From a virus (Duplodnaviria > Heunggongvirae > Uroviricota > Caudoviricetes): a DNA stretch of 64,000 bases. Where the stretch lies: IMG/VR virus record IMGVR_UViG_3300032007_001569; one strand, 5' to 3'. Below, piece by piece: positions 29,155-38,172 of the stretch (position 1 is the stretch's first letter; each line of letters opens with the position of its first letter). The translations under genes were made by a program, and so were the position numbers. A model generated the notes under the pieces. The model was not told the origin of the DNA and made no database searches. It saw only the letters and a list, made by a program, of their open reading frames with translations.

Positions 29155-31170
29155 TTACGCTACACCCGCAAGCAAGAGTTGCTTACCAACATCAATCAGA
29201 TACTCGTCGGAATGCGCCATAACCTGATCGTAAGCCTCGCGGCCCTGGAACTCATCGACGACACGACGGCTTTCTTCGTCCATCTCGCTATACCGCACCT
29301 TGCCATAAGACGGCGGGAGCCATGCTTTGCTGCGGCCAACATAGATATTGAGCTTGTCCACAATCTTCTGATTGTGGAACTTGATGTGGCATGTTCCCTT
29401 TTTGAAGAAGGTTACGTCGAAATACTTACACTGAATGTTACGGCTCCGGTCGGCATCCTTCGCGGCTTCAAGCGCGAAGAGCATGTTCACATCTGATGTC
29501 TCGCCATTGTCCAGATAGTTCAGCGCCTTTTCCAGATCGGACAGGATATGGAAGCAACCGTTCGGCGCGATGGTCGTTTCAACCTGTTTGAGGCCGCCGC
29601 GCTTGTCCTGTCGATACTCCGTCGCAAAACAACCCCAAGTCGGGATGATGCAGCGATTGTTGACATAGTGCGCCTTGTTGGTCTTCCAGCCGTTGTAGTA
29701 ATGGATGTTTTCATTTTCGATGTCCTGATGGTAGGCGTGCTCATTGGAGAGCTTTTCAAAGCATTTCACAATCGCCGCCTCGACGCCCACGGTAAGCTGC
29801 CCCATGATGCGCTCAAGAACCTGCTGGATATTGAAGCGGGAGAACTCATAGTCGCACATCTCGCCAATCAAACCACTATACTGCTTCTGCATGTCCGTTG
29901 TCATCTTGTCATGCAGAACAGGCAGGTCGAAGAGCTTCTGCCAGTAATACGCGCGAACAGATCGCAGGAAAGCATTCACATGTTTTGCTTCGCACTTCTC
30001 GACATGATTGTCCCTACCGATTCCGAGCGTGATAAACGGATAGGCTGCGCCTTCCGTCGTCAAATGCGGCGCAACACCATTGTAACAACGCATGAGGGAG
30101 ATACCAGCCTCGCACATGATGTCATGCTCCCTGATAAGCCGCTCAATGTTATCGGACGGAGCGATGTCGTTTGCTTCGCCGTCGCCGTCAAGACTATCGG
30201 TTTCCCTCGCCTTTTTCAGATTCTCCCAAAGCGTATCGTCTACAAAGCTGACGGGGATGTCAATATTGATGAGCGCCACATCAACCCTGGCCTTGCGCTC
30301 CGCCTTGGCAAAAGCATCATCCACAAAACGAATGGACGCGCCAACCTCTTTCAGCTTCTTCGCTAACACGCGGCGGGAATTGGTGCATGGATTGCGAATG
30401 GTTTCAGCATTCAGGATACAAGCAATCTGTCCGCCATTCTGCGCCAGATCAATGGCACGCAACAGGTGAAGATCGCCCTCGGAGAAAGGCGGGTTCATCA
30501 GGATCAAATCGTAGCGCTTTCTAGTTGTGAATGTAAGGAAATCATCGTGGACAACACGGAAGCCCTTGCTGTGAAGAATGGCCTGAAGGTTTGTGTCCAG
30601 CTCAATGCAGTCGATGTCAAGCTCTTCACGGTCATTGTAATAGTATTCGCCGCCATAGCGATACCTGCGCTTGCGCTGGCTGACACATTCAAGCAGATCA
30701 CCCTTGCCCGCGCTGGGTTCCAGAATTGTCTTGACGGCATTGATGTTGACGCCTTCAAGGAGTTTTCCTGCCAGCTCAGAAGGAGTAGGATAAAACTGAT
30801 AATCGGAAGACGGCAGGTAGGCGACGGGTGTTTTTCTGATTTTCTCGCCCTTGAGATACTCGAGGTATTTGAGCGCCTTTTCTGTCATGCCCACCTTGGC
30901 CGCGTAAAGGCTGTTGTACTCGCCGCATCGGGTTAAGCGCCGCCCGTAGTAATCACGCGGCTCCTCGCGGTCGTAGACATACGCCTCGTAGTCACCATGA
31001 TTCCACTGGCGATTCGGATTGTATTCAATCTTTCCAACGGGTTCGCCGTTCAGCGTACAATTCCATCTGGTAAAAGGCTGCTTGATCTTCGATGATTCCG
31101 GGGCGATGTTCAGTTGGATAAATCCATTCTGGTTGTTTTCCTTCACAGTGTTGGTAAGCATTGACGGCAT
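29155..31170 (-). CDS. Large N6-adenine DNA methyltransferase (gamma-class) with a C-terminal extension
   Basis: Motif I ILEPSAGKGDLL and motif IV MNPPFSEGDLHLL, in a 671-aa protein. Confidence 0.7.
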   Translation of the reverse strand: MPSMLTNTVKENNQNGFIQLNIAPESSKIKQPFTRWNCTLNGEPVGKIEYNPNRQWNHGDYEAYVYDREEPRDYYGRRLTRCGEYNSLYAAKVGMTEKALKYLEYLKGEKIRKTPVAYLPSSDYQFYPTPSELAGKLLEGVNINAVKTILEPSAGKGDLLECVSQRKRRYRYGGEYYYNDREELDIDCIELDTNLQAILHSKGFRVVHDDFLTFTTRKRYDLILMNPPFSEGDLHLLRAIDLAQNGGQIACILNAETIRNPCTNSRRVLAKKLKEVGASIRFVDDAFAKAERKARVDVALINIDIPVSFVDDTLWENLKKARETDSLDGDGEANDIAPSDNIERLIREHDIMCEAGISLMRCYNGVAPHLTTEGAAYPFITLGIGRDNHVEKCEAKHVNAFLRSVRAYYWQKLFDLPVLHDKMTTDMQKQYSGLIGEMCDYEFSRFNIQQVLERIMGQLTVGVEAAIVKCFEKLSNEHAYHQDIENENIHYYNGWKTNKAHYVNNRCIIPTWGCFATEYRQDKRGGLKQVETTIAPNGCFHILSDLEKALNYLDNGETSDVNMLFALEAAKDADRSRNIQCKYFDVTFFKKGTCHIKFHNQKIVDKLNIYVGRSKAWLPPSYGKVRYSEMDEESRRVVDEFQGREAYDQVMAHSDEYLIDVGKQLLLAGVA

Positions 31171-31175
31171 GATAA

Positions 31176-31334
31176 TTACTCTCCTTTTCTTTCACCTTTT
31201 GACAATGTTTTTATTGCTAAATAGAGAAACAGGACGACAAGAAGAGACAAACAGAGCTTTGCGAAAATGCGCAAGTAAATGATTAAATACCATACAATAA
31301 CCGCTAGGTTTTCAATCATAAAATCGCCGTTCAT
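31176..31334 (-). CDS. small hydrophobic leader protein (about 52 aa) between promoter P3 and the methyltransferase gene
   Basis: Manual six-frame read: GGAGG lies 8 nt before the ATG at 31334-31332. Product MNGDFMIENLAVIVWYLIIYLRIFAKLCLSLLVVLFLYLAIKTLSKGERKGE. Not in the ORF track because it is under 60 aa. Confidence 0.3.
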   Translation of the reverse strand: MNGDFMIENLAVIVWYLIIYLRIFAKLCLSLLVVLFLYLAIKTLSKGERKGE

Positions 31335-31375
31335 CTTCGCATTCCCTCCGTTCGTCTCTGCTTTATGTGAGCATT

Positions 31376-31404
31376 ATAACTCGGTCATGCTTTATTGTCA
31401 ATAC
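31376..31404 (-). promoter_or_regulatory. sigma70-type promoter P3 with an UP-like A/T tract; member of the 55-bp conserved promoter module
   Basis: Minus strand AAAAATTTCAAAAAAGTATTGACAATAAAGCATGACCGAGTTATAAT, upstream of the leader ORF and the large methyltransferase. Confidence 0.65.
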
Positions 31405-31418
31405 TTTTTTGAAATTTT

Positions 31419-32522
31419 TTATTCGGTTTTTTCGCCGCCAGCCAGATACTGACCGATGATGTCGGTTAAATTTGCGAAGGTGACACCATTCCCACCGCCA
31501 AAGGACGGGATCAGCTTGCCATCCCACCGCGCGATAAACTCCTGTTGGATAACGTATTCGTTCAACCCTGCGGCCTTGGCTTCCAATTCTGCCTTTTCCG
31601 CTTCGGCCACGGCCAGACGCGCGTCACGCTCTGCCTCCGCCTTTGTTCGCGTCACATACGCGCTGTTCTCAGCATTAATCTTGTCTGTCTCAGCCTGGGC
31701 ATTGGCCTTCTGAATGGCAATGGCATTGGCGTTCTCAGCTTCAATACGCTTGATCTCCGCGTTTCGCTCCGCCTCCTTGATCGCAATGGCATTTGCGTTC
31801 TCCGTGGCAATGCGCTTTGTTTCAGCCTCACGCTCCGCATTCTTGACGGAAACTTCGTACTGCGTTTGCGCGGCGATGGTTTCATTCTGTTGCTGCAAGC
31901 GGTTGTTTTCAAGCTGGGCATTCAACAGGGCGCGTTCTTCCAAGATCGCGGTGTATTCCGGCGAGAAGTCATATGTTACCATATTGACGCGGACAATATT
32001 GATCCCGTGCGGCTCAGTCGCTCCGGCCAGCTTATCACGGATAATCGCCGGGATTTCACTCTTTGAGGTAACGATTTCCTCCGCATTGAACTGCGCGAAG
32101 GTTTCCTTGATGAATTGAAGCGCATTGGAATTGATAAGCGTCTTTGTATAGTCTGTGCCGTAATTACTGTAAACAATATAGGACATTTCGGCATTGAGCT
32201 GGTATTGAATCTCAAATTCAAACACCGGCACGAGCTGCTGATCCTTGGTCTCCGCCGTATCGCTTGTTGTCGCGTTGGCAACACCAGATGCGATGCGCAT
32301 AGTCTGGATGCGGTTGTCCATAACGACGATGCGCTGCCAAGGCAGTTTGAAGTGCATACCGGGCGACAGCGCCGTGTCCTCTACCCTGCCATATGTAGTC
32401 ATGATTCCCGTTGAACCAGCCGGAACGGATGTCATGATCGAGACACCTGGCGGCAAAATGCCAAGAAGCAGCAGCACAACGAGAGCGCCCGCGACGATTG
32501 TCGCTATTTGTTTGCCTTCCAT
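31419..32522 (-). CDS. SPFH/band-7 (prohibitin/flotillin-like) membrane protein with a coiled-coil tail
   Basis: N-terminal TM segment, an SPFH core, and repetitive Ala/Glu-rich heptads (AIAIKEAERNAEIKRIEAENANAIAI...). Confidence 0.7.
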   Translation of the reverse strand: MEGKQIATIVAGALVVLLLLGILPPGVSIMTSVPAGSTGIMTTYGRVEDTALSPGMHFKLPWQRIVVMDNRIQTMRIASGVANATTSDTAETKDQQLVPVFEFEIQYQLNAEMSYIVYSNYGTDYTKTLINSNALQFIKETFAQFNAEEIVTSKSEIPAIIRDKLAGATEPHGINIVRVNMVTYDFSPEYTAILEERALLNAQLENNRLQQQNETIAAQTQYEVSVKNAEREAETKRIATENANAIAIKEAERNAEIKRIEAENANAIAIQKANAQAETDKINAENSAYVTRTKAEAERDARLAVAEAEKAELEAKAAGLNEYVIQQEFIARWDGKLIPSFGGGNGVTFANLTDIIGQYLAGGEKTE

Positions 32523-33361
32523 TATAAAATCCTCCTGATGTCGGTATACAAAATTTCGTATTTGCCAAAAACGCTGCGGTCAAGATGATAATGACCGCAG
32601 AACCAGCGGTCAAACGACAACCCCTCATATAGAAGCGTATTGAAATAGATCGTGAGCAAATCTGGCTTATAAAAGCCCATCGAGACAGCCGACGCTATTT
32701 CCTGGGGCAGACAATGGGCGATGACAAAATCAACATGATAATTCCTGCCAATCAGGTTTGATTTGCCGCGCGTCATTTCCTCTTCGGACGGTAACTCTTC
32801 CGGCCACCAGCTCGCGCCTTTCACGCGGAACATCTTGCCAGCCAAGCGCCAGGAATTGAGCGTTTTCAAAAACTCCCGATGATCGACAAAATGAGATTCA
32901 TCAAGAATGCCGTCATCAATGTCATGGCTGGACGCGCCGCCAAAGGCGAAGAATGATTTCCCCTCCAGGTCAAAGGCATAGCCTCGCATCAAATGGAAGA
33001 TGCTGTCCCTGATTTTGTGCGCTTGTCCGCCGTGGAAGTCAACCTGCTCAAACTCGCTGGAATTGAGGCGATCAAAGTTTTCGTGATTTCCGTCCACAAA
33101 GAGTGTCGTGAATGGTTTGTCATTCAGCCAGTCAAGCCAATAGCGCTCTTCATGGGAATCACACCATACGCCGCCAAAGTCACCGCAGACGATGACGAAA
33201 TCATCCTTCGTCAGTTCCTTCTGCTCAGGAAAATCCCGTGTTGAAAAACGCCTGAAATCAGCGTGTGTATCGCCTGTGACGTAGATCAAAGAAATACTCC
33301 TTTCATCGGAATAATGTGCATCCCCCCTCCTTATACAGGGCGACCATATCGGCCAGCGCAT
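32522..33361 (-). CDS. Calcineurin-like metallophosphoesterase
   Basis: GDTHAD, VIVCGDFGG and GNHENF motifs. Confidence 0.7.
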   Translation of the reverse strand: MRWPIWSPCIRRGDAHYSDERSISLIYVTGDTHADFRRFSTRDFPEQKELTKDDFVIVCGDFGGVWCDSHEERYWLDWLNDKPFTTLFVDGNHENFDRLNSSEFEQVDFHGGQAHKIRDSIFHLMRGYAFDLEGKSFFAFGGASSHDIDDGILDESHFVDHREFLKTLNSWRLAGKMFRVKGASWWPEELPSEEEMTRGKSNLIGRNYHVDFVIAHCLPQEIASAVSMGFYKPDLLTIYFNTLLYEGLSFDRWFCGHYHLDRSVFGKYEILYTDIRRIL

Positions 33362-33599
33362 CTTCTGAAGTCTCCAGCTCCTCCAGGAGACAAGGGAGAC
33401 AGAAGAAGCAGTCCATATTGCGCATGAACAGCTTGCGCTGAACGCCGATTACCTCTGCAAACGATAGAGCTGTTCCCCGCTCAACGAGGTTCCCGCATTC
33501 TCGGCATCGAAGATCGCCTTCCTTAATTTGATTTCGCCCCATAGAGTTTCCTTTCTCCAAAGCCAGCCGCGACAATGGTTGGTGTATGACTTCAAGCAA
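33303..33599 (-). CDS. hypothetical zinc-ribbon protein
   Basis: CRECGN and CFFCLPC. Confidence 0.3.
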   Translation of the reverse strand: MLEVIHQPLSRLALEKGNSMGRNQIKEGDLRCRECGNLVERGTALSFAEVIGVQRKLFMRNMDCFFCLPCLLEELETSEDALADMVALYKEGGCTLFR

Positions 33600-35179
33600 T
33601 ATGCCCGGTAATAATCCGCAAATGGCACATCATATTCCCGAATGATTTGTTCGTAGAGCGCGTCATCAGCATGGAACAGTTGGTGTTTCAGCTCATCAAA
33701 ATGTGATTTGACATAATCATAAGCTGTCTCAAAACCGATAGAAATGCTGAACAAATCTTCGCCATTCAGCAAATGAGCCAATGTGTCGTCAACACAATAA
33801 ATAGACGAGATGCGCATATGGTTTTCACACCACCGCCGCGCGAAAAGCTGAAACTCTATCAACGTGTCATCTTTGAGCCGGATTCCAAACAGCTTTTTGA
33901 GAAGACGCACAAAATCACGTTGGGCCGTTGACAAGCGAAAGAGTGCGCAGCTCCGCCGACGATGCGCCGCCATGACAAACTCTTTTGTGATTGTCGCAAG
34001 ATCATTTGGCGTAACCGGGAAATAGGTAACACCTACAAACATGAAATAGTTACCGCTCGTGTATCTGGAAAATGCAGCGCCCAGCATGGCATTATACCAG
34101 TTTGAGTAATAGTAACCATATGGAGGCGCTGAAAAATGCTTCTGCAAATCCACAATGTCGATCATGCCATTGTCGATCAGGGCACGATTGGCATATTCAT
34201 ATACATCAGACGCAAACCTGAGCGCAATGCCGTTTGGTGGCATGACTTCGCGGAAAGTGACGCGCGTGTTCCCGTGTTTTACCGACCGCGTGCGCCCTAC
34301 AATACACCGCCAGATGGCGTTTTCATCTATGCCTGTCTGCCCACTTGCTTCCCTCTTATCCCTGTATGACGCGACGGGCGCTTCACTTTGACGCTTTACA
34401 TCAAACATTTCAAGCGCGCACTTCGGTTTTGATGGAACATCGCCGGGATCGAGATTGAAAACGGGCTTTCCAGACATCGCATCTTGACACAAAGCGGCGG
34501 CTTTTGTTTGACCATACGGCTTCCCGGACGGAGACGCCGCCTCAACACCAAGGGGATATATTTCCTTTGCGATTTCAAACAGAGCGTCGTCGTGCGTTTC
34601 CATGCTGGATGCAATTACTCCGGTGTGGCAGCCGACAGCCGTCAATCCCTCGCTCCACTCCGCCATGAATCGCTCGAAAAGTGCCGCTCTGTCGTGAACC
34701 GCATCCAAAAATCCTTCGTCATGCTCAATGAATGACGCGACATCTTCCTCTGAAACCACATGGTTCGCAACAGCCGCCCTATTGCGTTCCAGCATCGCCT
34801 TTACCCTGGCAATATCTCTCTCGTCATCCCAATGACGCCCAATATTTTCGTTGAGTTTGAGGGTGTGGAGGGCGTCATCGATGGAATTAATCAAAGAATT
34901 ATTTGGTTTGCCAATCAAAACAAGCAGATTGCCTGGTTGGTCTTTCAGATACTTTTCGACCTTATCCAAATCTGCATCTCCAACAAGGTAAAGGCAACAA
35001 ATAATATTTGGCGCTGACAGGCTCGCGGCATAATTGATCGCTGCCCTGTATTTCTTTGCGATGCTCCAGAAGAATAAGAATCTGTTTTTGACGGGCTGGC
35101 TGTAAGAATAGCGCGGCGTATACAAGAAGGTGTTTGTGTCTTTGTATTCCGGCGCTGGCTTTTCACGCTTCTGCGCCAC
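33449..35179 (-). CDS. hypothetical large protein
   Basis: 576-aa ORF with no recognisable catalytic motif. Confidence 0.4.
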   Translation of the reverse strand: MAQKREKPAPEYKDTNTFLYTPRYSYSQPVKNRFLFFWSIAKKYRAAINYAASLSAPNIICCLYLVGDADLDKVEKYLKDQPGNLLVLIGKPNNSLINSIDDALHTLKLNENIGRHWDDERDIARVKAMLERNRAAVANHVVSEEDVASFIEHDEGFLDAVHDRAALFERFMAEWSEGLTAVGCHTGVIASSMETHDDALFEIAKEIYPLGVEAASPSGKPYGQTKAAALCQDAMSGKPVFNLDPGDVPSKPKCALEMFDVKRQSEAPVASYRDKREASGQTGIDENAIWRCIVGRTRSVKHGNTRVTFREVMPPNGIALRFASDVYEYANRALIDNGMIDIVDLQKHFSAPPYGYYYSNWYNAMLGAAFSRYTSGNYFMFVGVTYFPVTPNDLATITKEFVMAAHRRRSCALFRLSTAQRDFVRLLKKLFGIRLKDDTLIEFQLFARRWCENHMRISSIYCVDDTLAHLLNGEDLFSISIGFETAYDYVKSHFDELKHQLFHADDALYEQIIREYDVPFADYYRAYCLKSYTNHCRGWLWRKETLWGEIKLRKAIFDAENAGTSLSGEQLYRLQR

Positions 35180-35973
35180 TACTTCAAATCATCCTCAATC
35201 TCGCCCATTGCAGACGGCGCATTGAGGCATATCGTTGTGAAATTGTTGCTAAAAAACGAAGGGTAAAGCTCCTTCATAGCGCGAACATAGGCTTCCTTGC
35301 GGATGTTGATTTCATCCTCGCGCTTAGCTTCCGCCCGCTTCAACTGGCGATTGCGCTTCTTTTCAGCTTCCTTCTTGGCGCGCGTTGCTTTCTGCTCTTC
35401 GTCCATCTCAGCTTCGAGCTTTGCGTAAAAACCGTTGTCGTAAATCTTGACGGCGCGCTTAATGATCTTGTTGAAAATGGACTGACCAGCGCCAGGTAGC
35501 TTTATGTCGATCAGCTTTTTGGCAATGCAGATTGTGATGCCGGATTCGAGATCGCAGAAATCATCCCGCGAGCAGACGGCTTTTGTGCTCGTGTTGTCGG
35601 CGAAATCGACCTTCACCGCGAGGAAATAACTGTCGTAAACATCCTTGCCATCCTCATCATAGGTGTGCACCGCCACGATGTCGGGCATGATACCGTTCGC
35701 GTTGATGAGTTTCTGATTGGCGTACCTGCTGGCGCGCAACCTGCCATTTTCGCTTATCAAAATGGTCTTTGCTTCTGGCGGGACTGTCGCCGCTTCATTC
35801 TGCAGCCTAATCCTATCCGATTCGATTGCATTAATTATATCAGATGTGATAGTGTCTCCCAAACTTATCGTTTCGTCTGTCACGACATTCCTTATCGTTT
35901 CGTCTGTCACGACATTCGTATTTGATAAACCACCTGTACCAAACGGAAGTTTATAATCGGTAATTCTTCTCAT
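35179..35973 (-). CDS. hypothetical protein (basic KR-rich C-terminus; contains a 9-aa tandem repeat)
   Basis: 264 aa. The segment NVVTDETIR NVVTDETIS is encoded by a perfect 27-bp tandem duplication. Confidence 0.4.
   Translation of the reverse strand: MRRITDYKLPFGTGGLSNTNVVTDETIRNVVTDETISLGDTITSDIINAIESDRIRLQNEAATVPPEAKTILISENGRLRASRYANQKLINANGIMPDIVAVHTYDEDGKDVYDSYFLAVKVDFADNTSTKAVCSRDDFCDLESGITICIAKKLIDIKLPGAGQSIFNKIIKRAVKIYDNGFYAKLEAEMDEEQKATRAKKEAEKKRNRQLKRAEAKREDEINIRKEAYVRAMKELYPSFFSNNFTTICLNAPSAMGEIEDDLK
35864..35917 (-). repeat. Perfect 27-bp tandem duplication inside a CDS
   Basis: cttatcgtttcgtctgtcacgacattc occurs twice, giving a 9-aa direct repeat in protein 35179-35973. Confidence 0.8.
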
Positions 35974-35982
35974 TCCATCCTC

Positions 35983-36213
35983 CTATCGTTCAGCGCACTC
36001 CATCGACGCCCCATTCCAGGAATAGCGCTTATCCTTATACAGCTTTGATATTTCCTTGCTGGCCTCCGCCTCCGTTGCGAAGCGAATGACCTTACCGCCC
36101 TCTCCGGTCAACTCTCCGGACACGCCATCGGCATGTTTGATGATGATGACGTATCTTCCGTTCTCTTCCTCTTTCACTTTTCGCGCCATGTAATACTCTC
36201 CTTTCACGCGCAT
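35983..36213 (-). CDS. hypothetical small protein
   Basis: The ORF was trimmed to an internal Met so that it does not overlap the upstream tRNA. Confidence 0.3.
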   Translation of the reverse strand: MRVKGEYYMARKVKEEENGRYVIIIKHADGVSGELTGEGGKVIRFATEAEASKEISKLYKDKRYSWNGASMECAER

Positions 36214-36219
36214 AAAAAA

Positions 36220-36295
36220 TGGCGGCGGCGGGATTTGAACCCGCAGATAAGTAAGGTTTGAGCTTACCGCGTCTGCCGAATTGCGCCACGCCGCC
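36220..36295 (-). tRNA. tRNA with anticodon CAA (type I, Leu-like decoding)
   Basis: Manual fold: acceptor GGCGGCG/CGCCGCC, anticodon arm GGTAAG-CTCAAAC-CTTACT, T arm GCGGG-TTCAAAT-CCCGC. A short variable loop is unusual for a Leu identity. Confidence 0.6.
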
Positions 36296-36304
36296 AAATA
36301 ATAA

Positions 36305-36376
36305 AGCCAGCACAGGGACTTGAACCCTGAACCCCGCGCTTACAAGGCGCGTGCTCTGCCATTGAGCTATGCTGGC
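36305..36376 (-). tRNA. tRNA-Thr (anticodon TGT)
   Basis: Acceptor GCCAGCA/TGCTGGC, D arm GCTCAATGGCAGAGC, anticodon arm CGCGC-CTTGTAA-GCGCG, T arm CAGGG-TTCAAGT-CCCTG. Confidence 0.75.
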
Positions 36377-36740
36377 AAAATATCGGCTGATCTCTCCTAT
36401 CTCACGCTACCTGCGGCCTGAACACCATTGGTTGGTTCGCCGTTGCCTCTCCTGCGGCATTTCCTTTGCGCCGCTTGCCACGCCTCGCGCTGTTGAACCA
36501 GATTGACCAGCCGATAAATCGAGGTTGATTTTCAAACGATGCGCGCGTCATCCACGTCGCCAACCTCTTCCGCCTATTCACACTCGTCTGTGCAAGACCA
36601 ATCCTCCGCGAAACTCCGCGCGAAGAATGGCTCTATAATAATAAGTCTTGGCATTAATAGGCATTAAGCCGAGCGCGACTCTGATGACTGAGCCGCACTT
36701 CCCTATTGGAGTTTGGGCTTAAAATACGGACTAAGCCGCT

Positions 36741-36817
36741 GGTCGAGATGACATGATTTGCACATGCGGCCTCACGCTCCCAAAGCGTGCGCTCTGCTGA
36801 CTGAGCTACATCTCGCC
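36741..36817 (-). tRNA. tRNA-Pro-like (anticodon TGG), possibly degenerate
   Basis: Canonical D arm TAGCTCAGTCAGCAGAGC and anticodon arm CACGC-TTTGGGA-GCGTG. There is one acceptor mismatch and an atypical T loop, TGCAAAT. Confidence 0.45.
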
Positions 36818-37033
36818 GTTGATTTTGTTCCACCGCTGCGCCGCCAGGAGTGGCAAAGGCGCAATGTAAGTCATGGGCTTTACGGGGCATCTCTTCGATG
36901 AACGATTGCACCGCACAAAATAACCATCTATACCATAGTCCTGATAGTGGCTGATCTTCTTGGGAACCTTACCGCAGCCCTTGCATGGGCGAAGAACAAT
37001 GCCGATTGATGCCGGTTTGACAGCCACAATCAT
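36806..37033 (-). CDS. hypothetical small zinc-finger protein
   Basis: 75 aa with CKGCGK...VRC. Its 3' end overlaps the tRNA by about 12 nt. Confidence 0.3.
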   Translation of the reverse strand: MIVAVKPASIGIVLRPCKGCGKVPKKISHYQDYGIDGYFVRCNRSSKRCPVKPMTYIAPLPLLAAQRWNKINGEM

Positions 37034-37476
37034 TCCTCCTTCGGAGTGAATATGTCCGAATCCAGTTTTGGTTCTGGTACTGATTCAATTCCCTTGACCA
37101 TCTTGTAATACTTCAAATACTCTCGATCCACGAGCTGCATGTCGTTTATCATATCCTCGACAACGGCGCGGTTCCGCAAATTATCTCCAAAGGTTTGTTG
37201 GATTGCGTTCAGCTTCGCGCTGTATTCATTGGCGGTCAAGCCTTTCGCAAAATACTTATCCAGCACCACGTCTTTGCGGTGTTTACAGAAAATGCAGACA
37301 TACGGTTCGATGATGCTGATGCTACACTTGTATCTGTCGCCGTAGTATTGCATATCCCGTTCTGTTGACACTTCAAGATACCAGGGGAAATCAATATACT
37401 TGTGCTCGCATTCTTTCGGAGGCGCGATTTTGACAGGCGCGGCTTCTTTTCTTTTCCTTCTCCCGAACCCAAACAT
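37030..37476 (-). CDS. hypothetical protein
   Basis: The start was moved to the internal Met MFGFGRRKRK. Confidence 0.35.
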   Translation of the reverse strand: MFGFGRRKRKEAAPVKIAPPKECEHKYIDFPWYLEVSTERDMQYYGDRYKCSISIIEPYVCIFCKHRKDVVLDKYFAKGLTANEYSAKLNAIQQTFGDNLRNRAVVEDMINDMQLVDREYLKYYKMVKGIESVPEPKLDSDIFTPKEE

Positions 37477-37644
37477 AATCAAACCTCCTAAAAAGTCGCT
37501 GCCGGTCGGAGTTGCACCGCCCTCCCCCACTGTTTAGCCAGGGTGTACCACTGTTATACGAGACAGCTAACCGGGCGACCAACCCGGAATTATGTTAGTT
37601 TCTGCGCGCCGACTTACGACTCACTGGTTGCTGGCGCGGGTCTG

Positions 37645-37732
37645 GTGGTAGCGGCAGCGGGAGTTGAACCCGCACGGGTGAAGCCCAGTAGATTTTAAGT
37701 CTACTGCGTACTGCCAATTTCGCCATGCCGCC
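37645..37732 (-). tRNA. tRNA-Leu (anticodon TAA), class II, encoded CCA
   Basis: Anticodon arm GTAGA-CTTAAAA-TCTAC, long variable arm, T arm GCGGG-TTCAACT-CCCGC, and a 3' ACCA. Confidence 0.7.
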
Positions 37733-37934
37733 ATAGTCTACGCCAATTTGATACTGTACAGGCCGGACTTTACGGATTCTGATTTCCTGCCTTCCAGATG
37801 TGCGCATCATCTGACGCCATCCGGCCTGTAAGCCGCGCTCTTTCTGGCGGGTTAAGCGCGGGAGCCAACATTAATATTGAATGAAACCGGAGAAAAATGC
37901 AGGAATCATGTCGTTTACCTCGCTTTGTTACTGA

Positions 37935-38094
37935 TCGGGAACCTGGGACTCGAACCCAGGCAAAAACACGGCTTATTGGTGACGCTGGCGGGTCTTGCAC
38001 CCGCATACCCAAACTTGTTGAATGGCGCGCCAACGCTTTACTTTTGAAGCTACAGCGTCAAGGCCGCTGCTCTAACCGACTGAGCTAGTTCCCG
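37935..38094 (-). tRNA. tRNA gene interrupted in the anticodon loop by an 83-nt insert; predicted mature anticodon TAT (Ile-like) if the insert is removed between positions 34 and 35
   Basis: A perfect 7-bp acceptor pair CGGGAAC/GTTCCCG, a canonical D arm TAGCTCAGTCGGTTAGAGC and a T arm CTGGG-TTCGAGT-CCCAG lie 160 nt apart. The anticodon stem GCGGC...GCCGT flanks the insert at 37977-38059. Confidence 0.5.
37977..38059 (-). ncRNA. 83-nt tRNA-like insert nested inside the interrupted tRNA
   Basis: It has its own 7-bp terminal helix GACGCTG/CAGCGTC followed by ACCA, a D arm GCTT-CAAAAGTA-AAGC and a T arm GCGGG-TGCAAGA-CCCGC. The anticodon region is degenerate. Confidence 0.35.
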
Positions 38095-38100
38095 AAATGG

Positions 38101-38172
38101 AGCACTGGACGGGAGTTGAACCCGCCACATCAGATCGGAGGTCTGATATGTTACCAAATACACCACCAGTGC
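38101..38172 (-). tRNA. tRNA, probable Gly (anticodon TCC)
   Basis: Acceptor GCACTGG/CCAGTGC, anticodon arm TCAGA-CCTCCGA-TCTGA, T arm GCGGG-TTCAACT-CCCGT. Position 33 is C, which is atypical. Confidence 0.55.

Noticed and set aside
36654-36911. ORFs overlapping the tRNA genes (36654-36911, 38280-38468, 38457-38894, 38476-38730, 38489-38827, 39004-39270, 42634-42825)
   Set aside because: They are fully or largely coincident with well-folded tRNA genes or tRNA spacers, and their composition is atypical. They were treated as non-coding.
37977-38059. Group I intron in the interrupted tRNA
   Set aside because: The insert is only 83 nt, far below the roughly 200-nt minimum for group I introns. 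The alternative of a nested tRNA-like element is reported as a finding instead.
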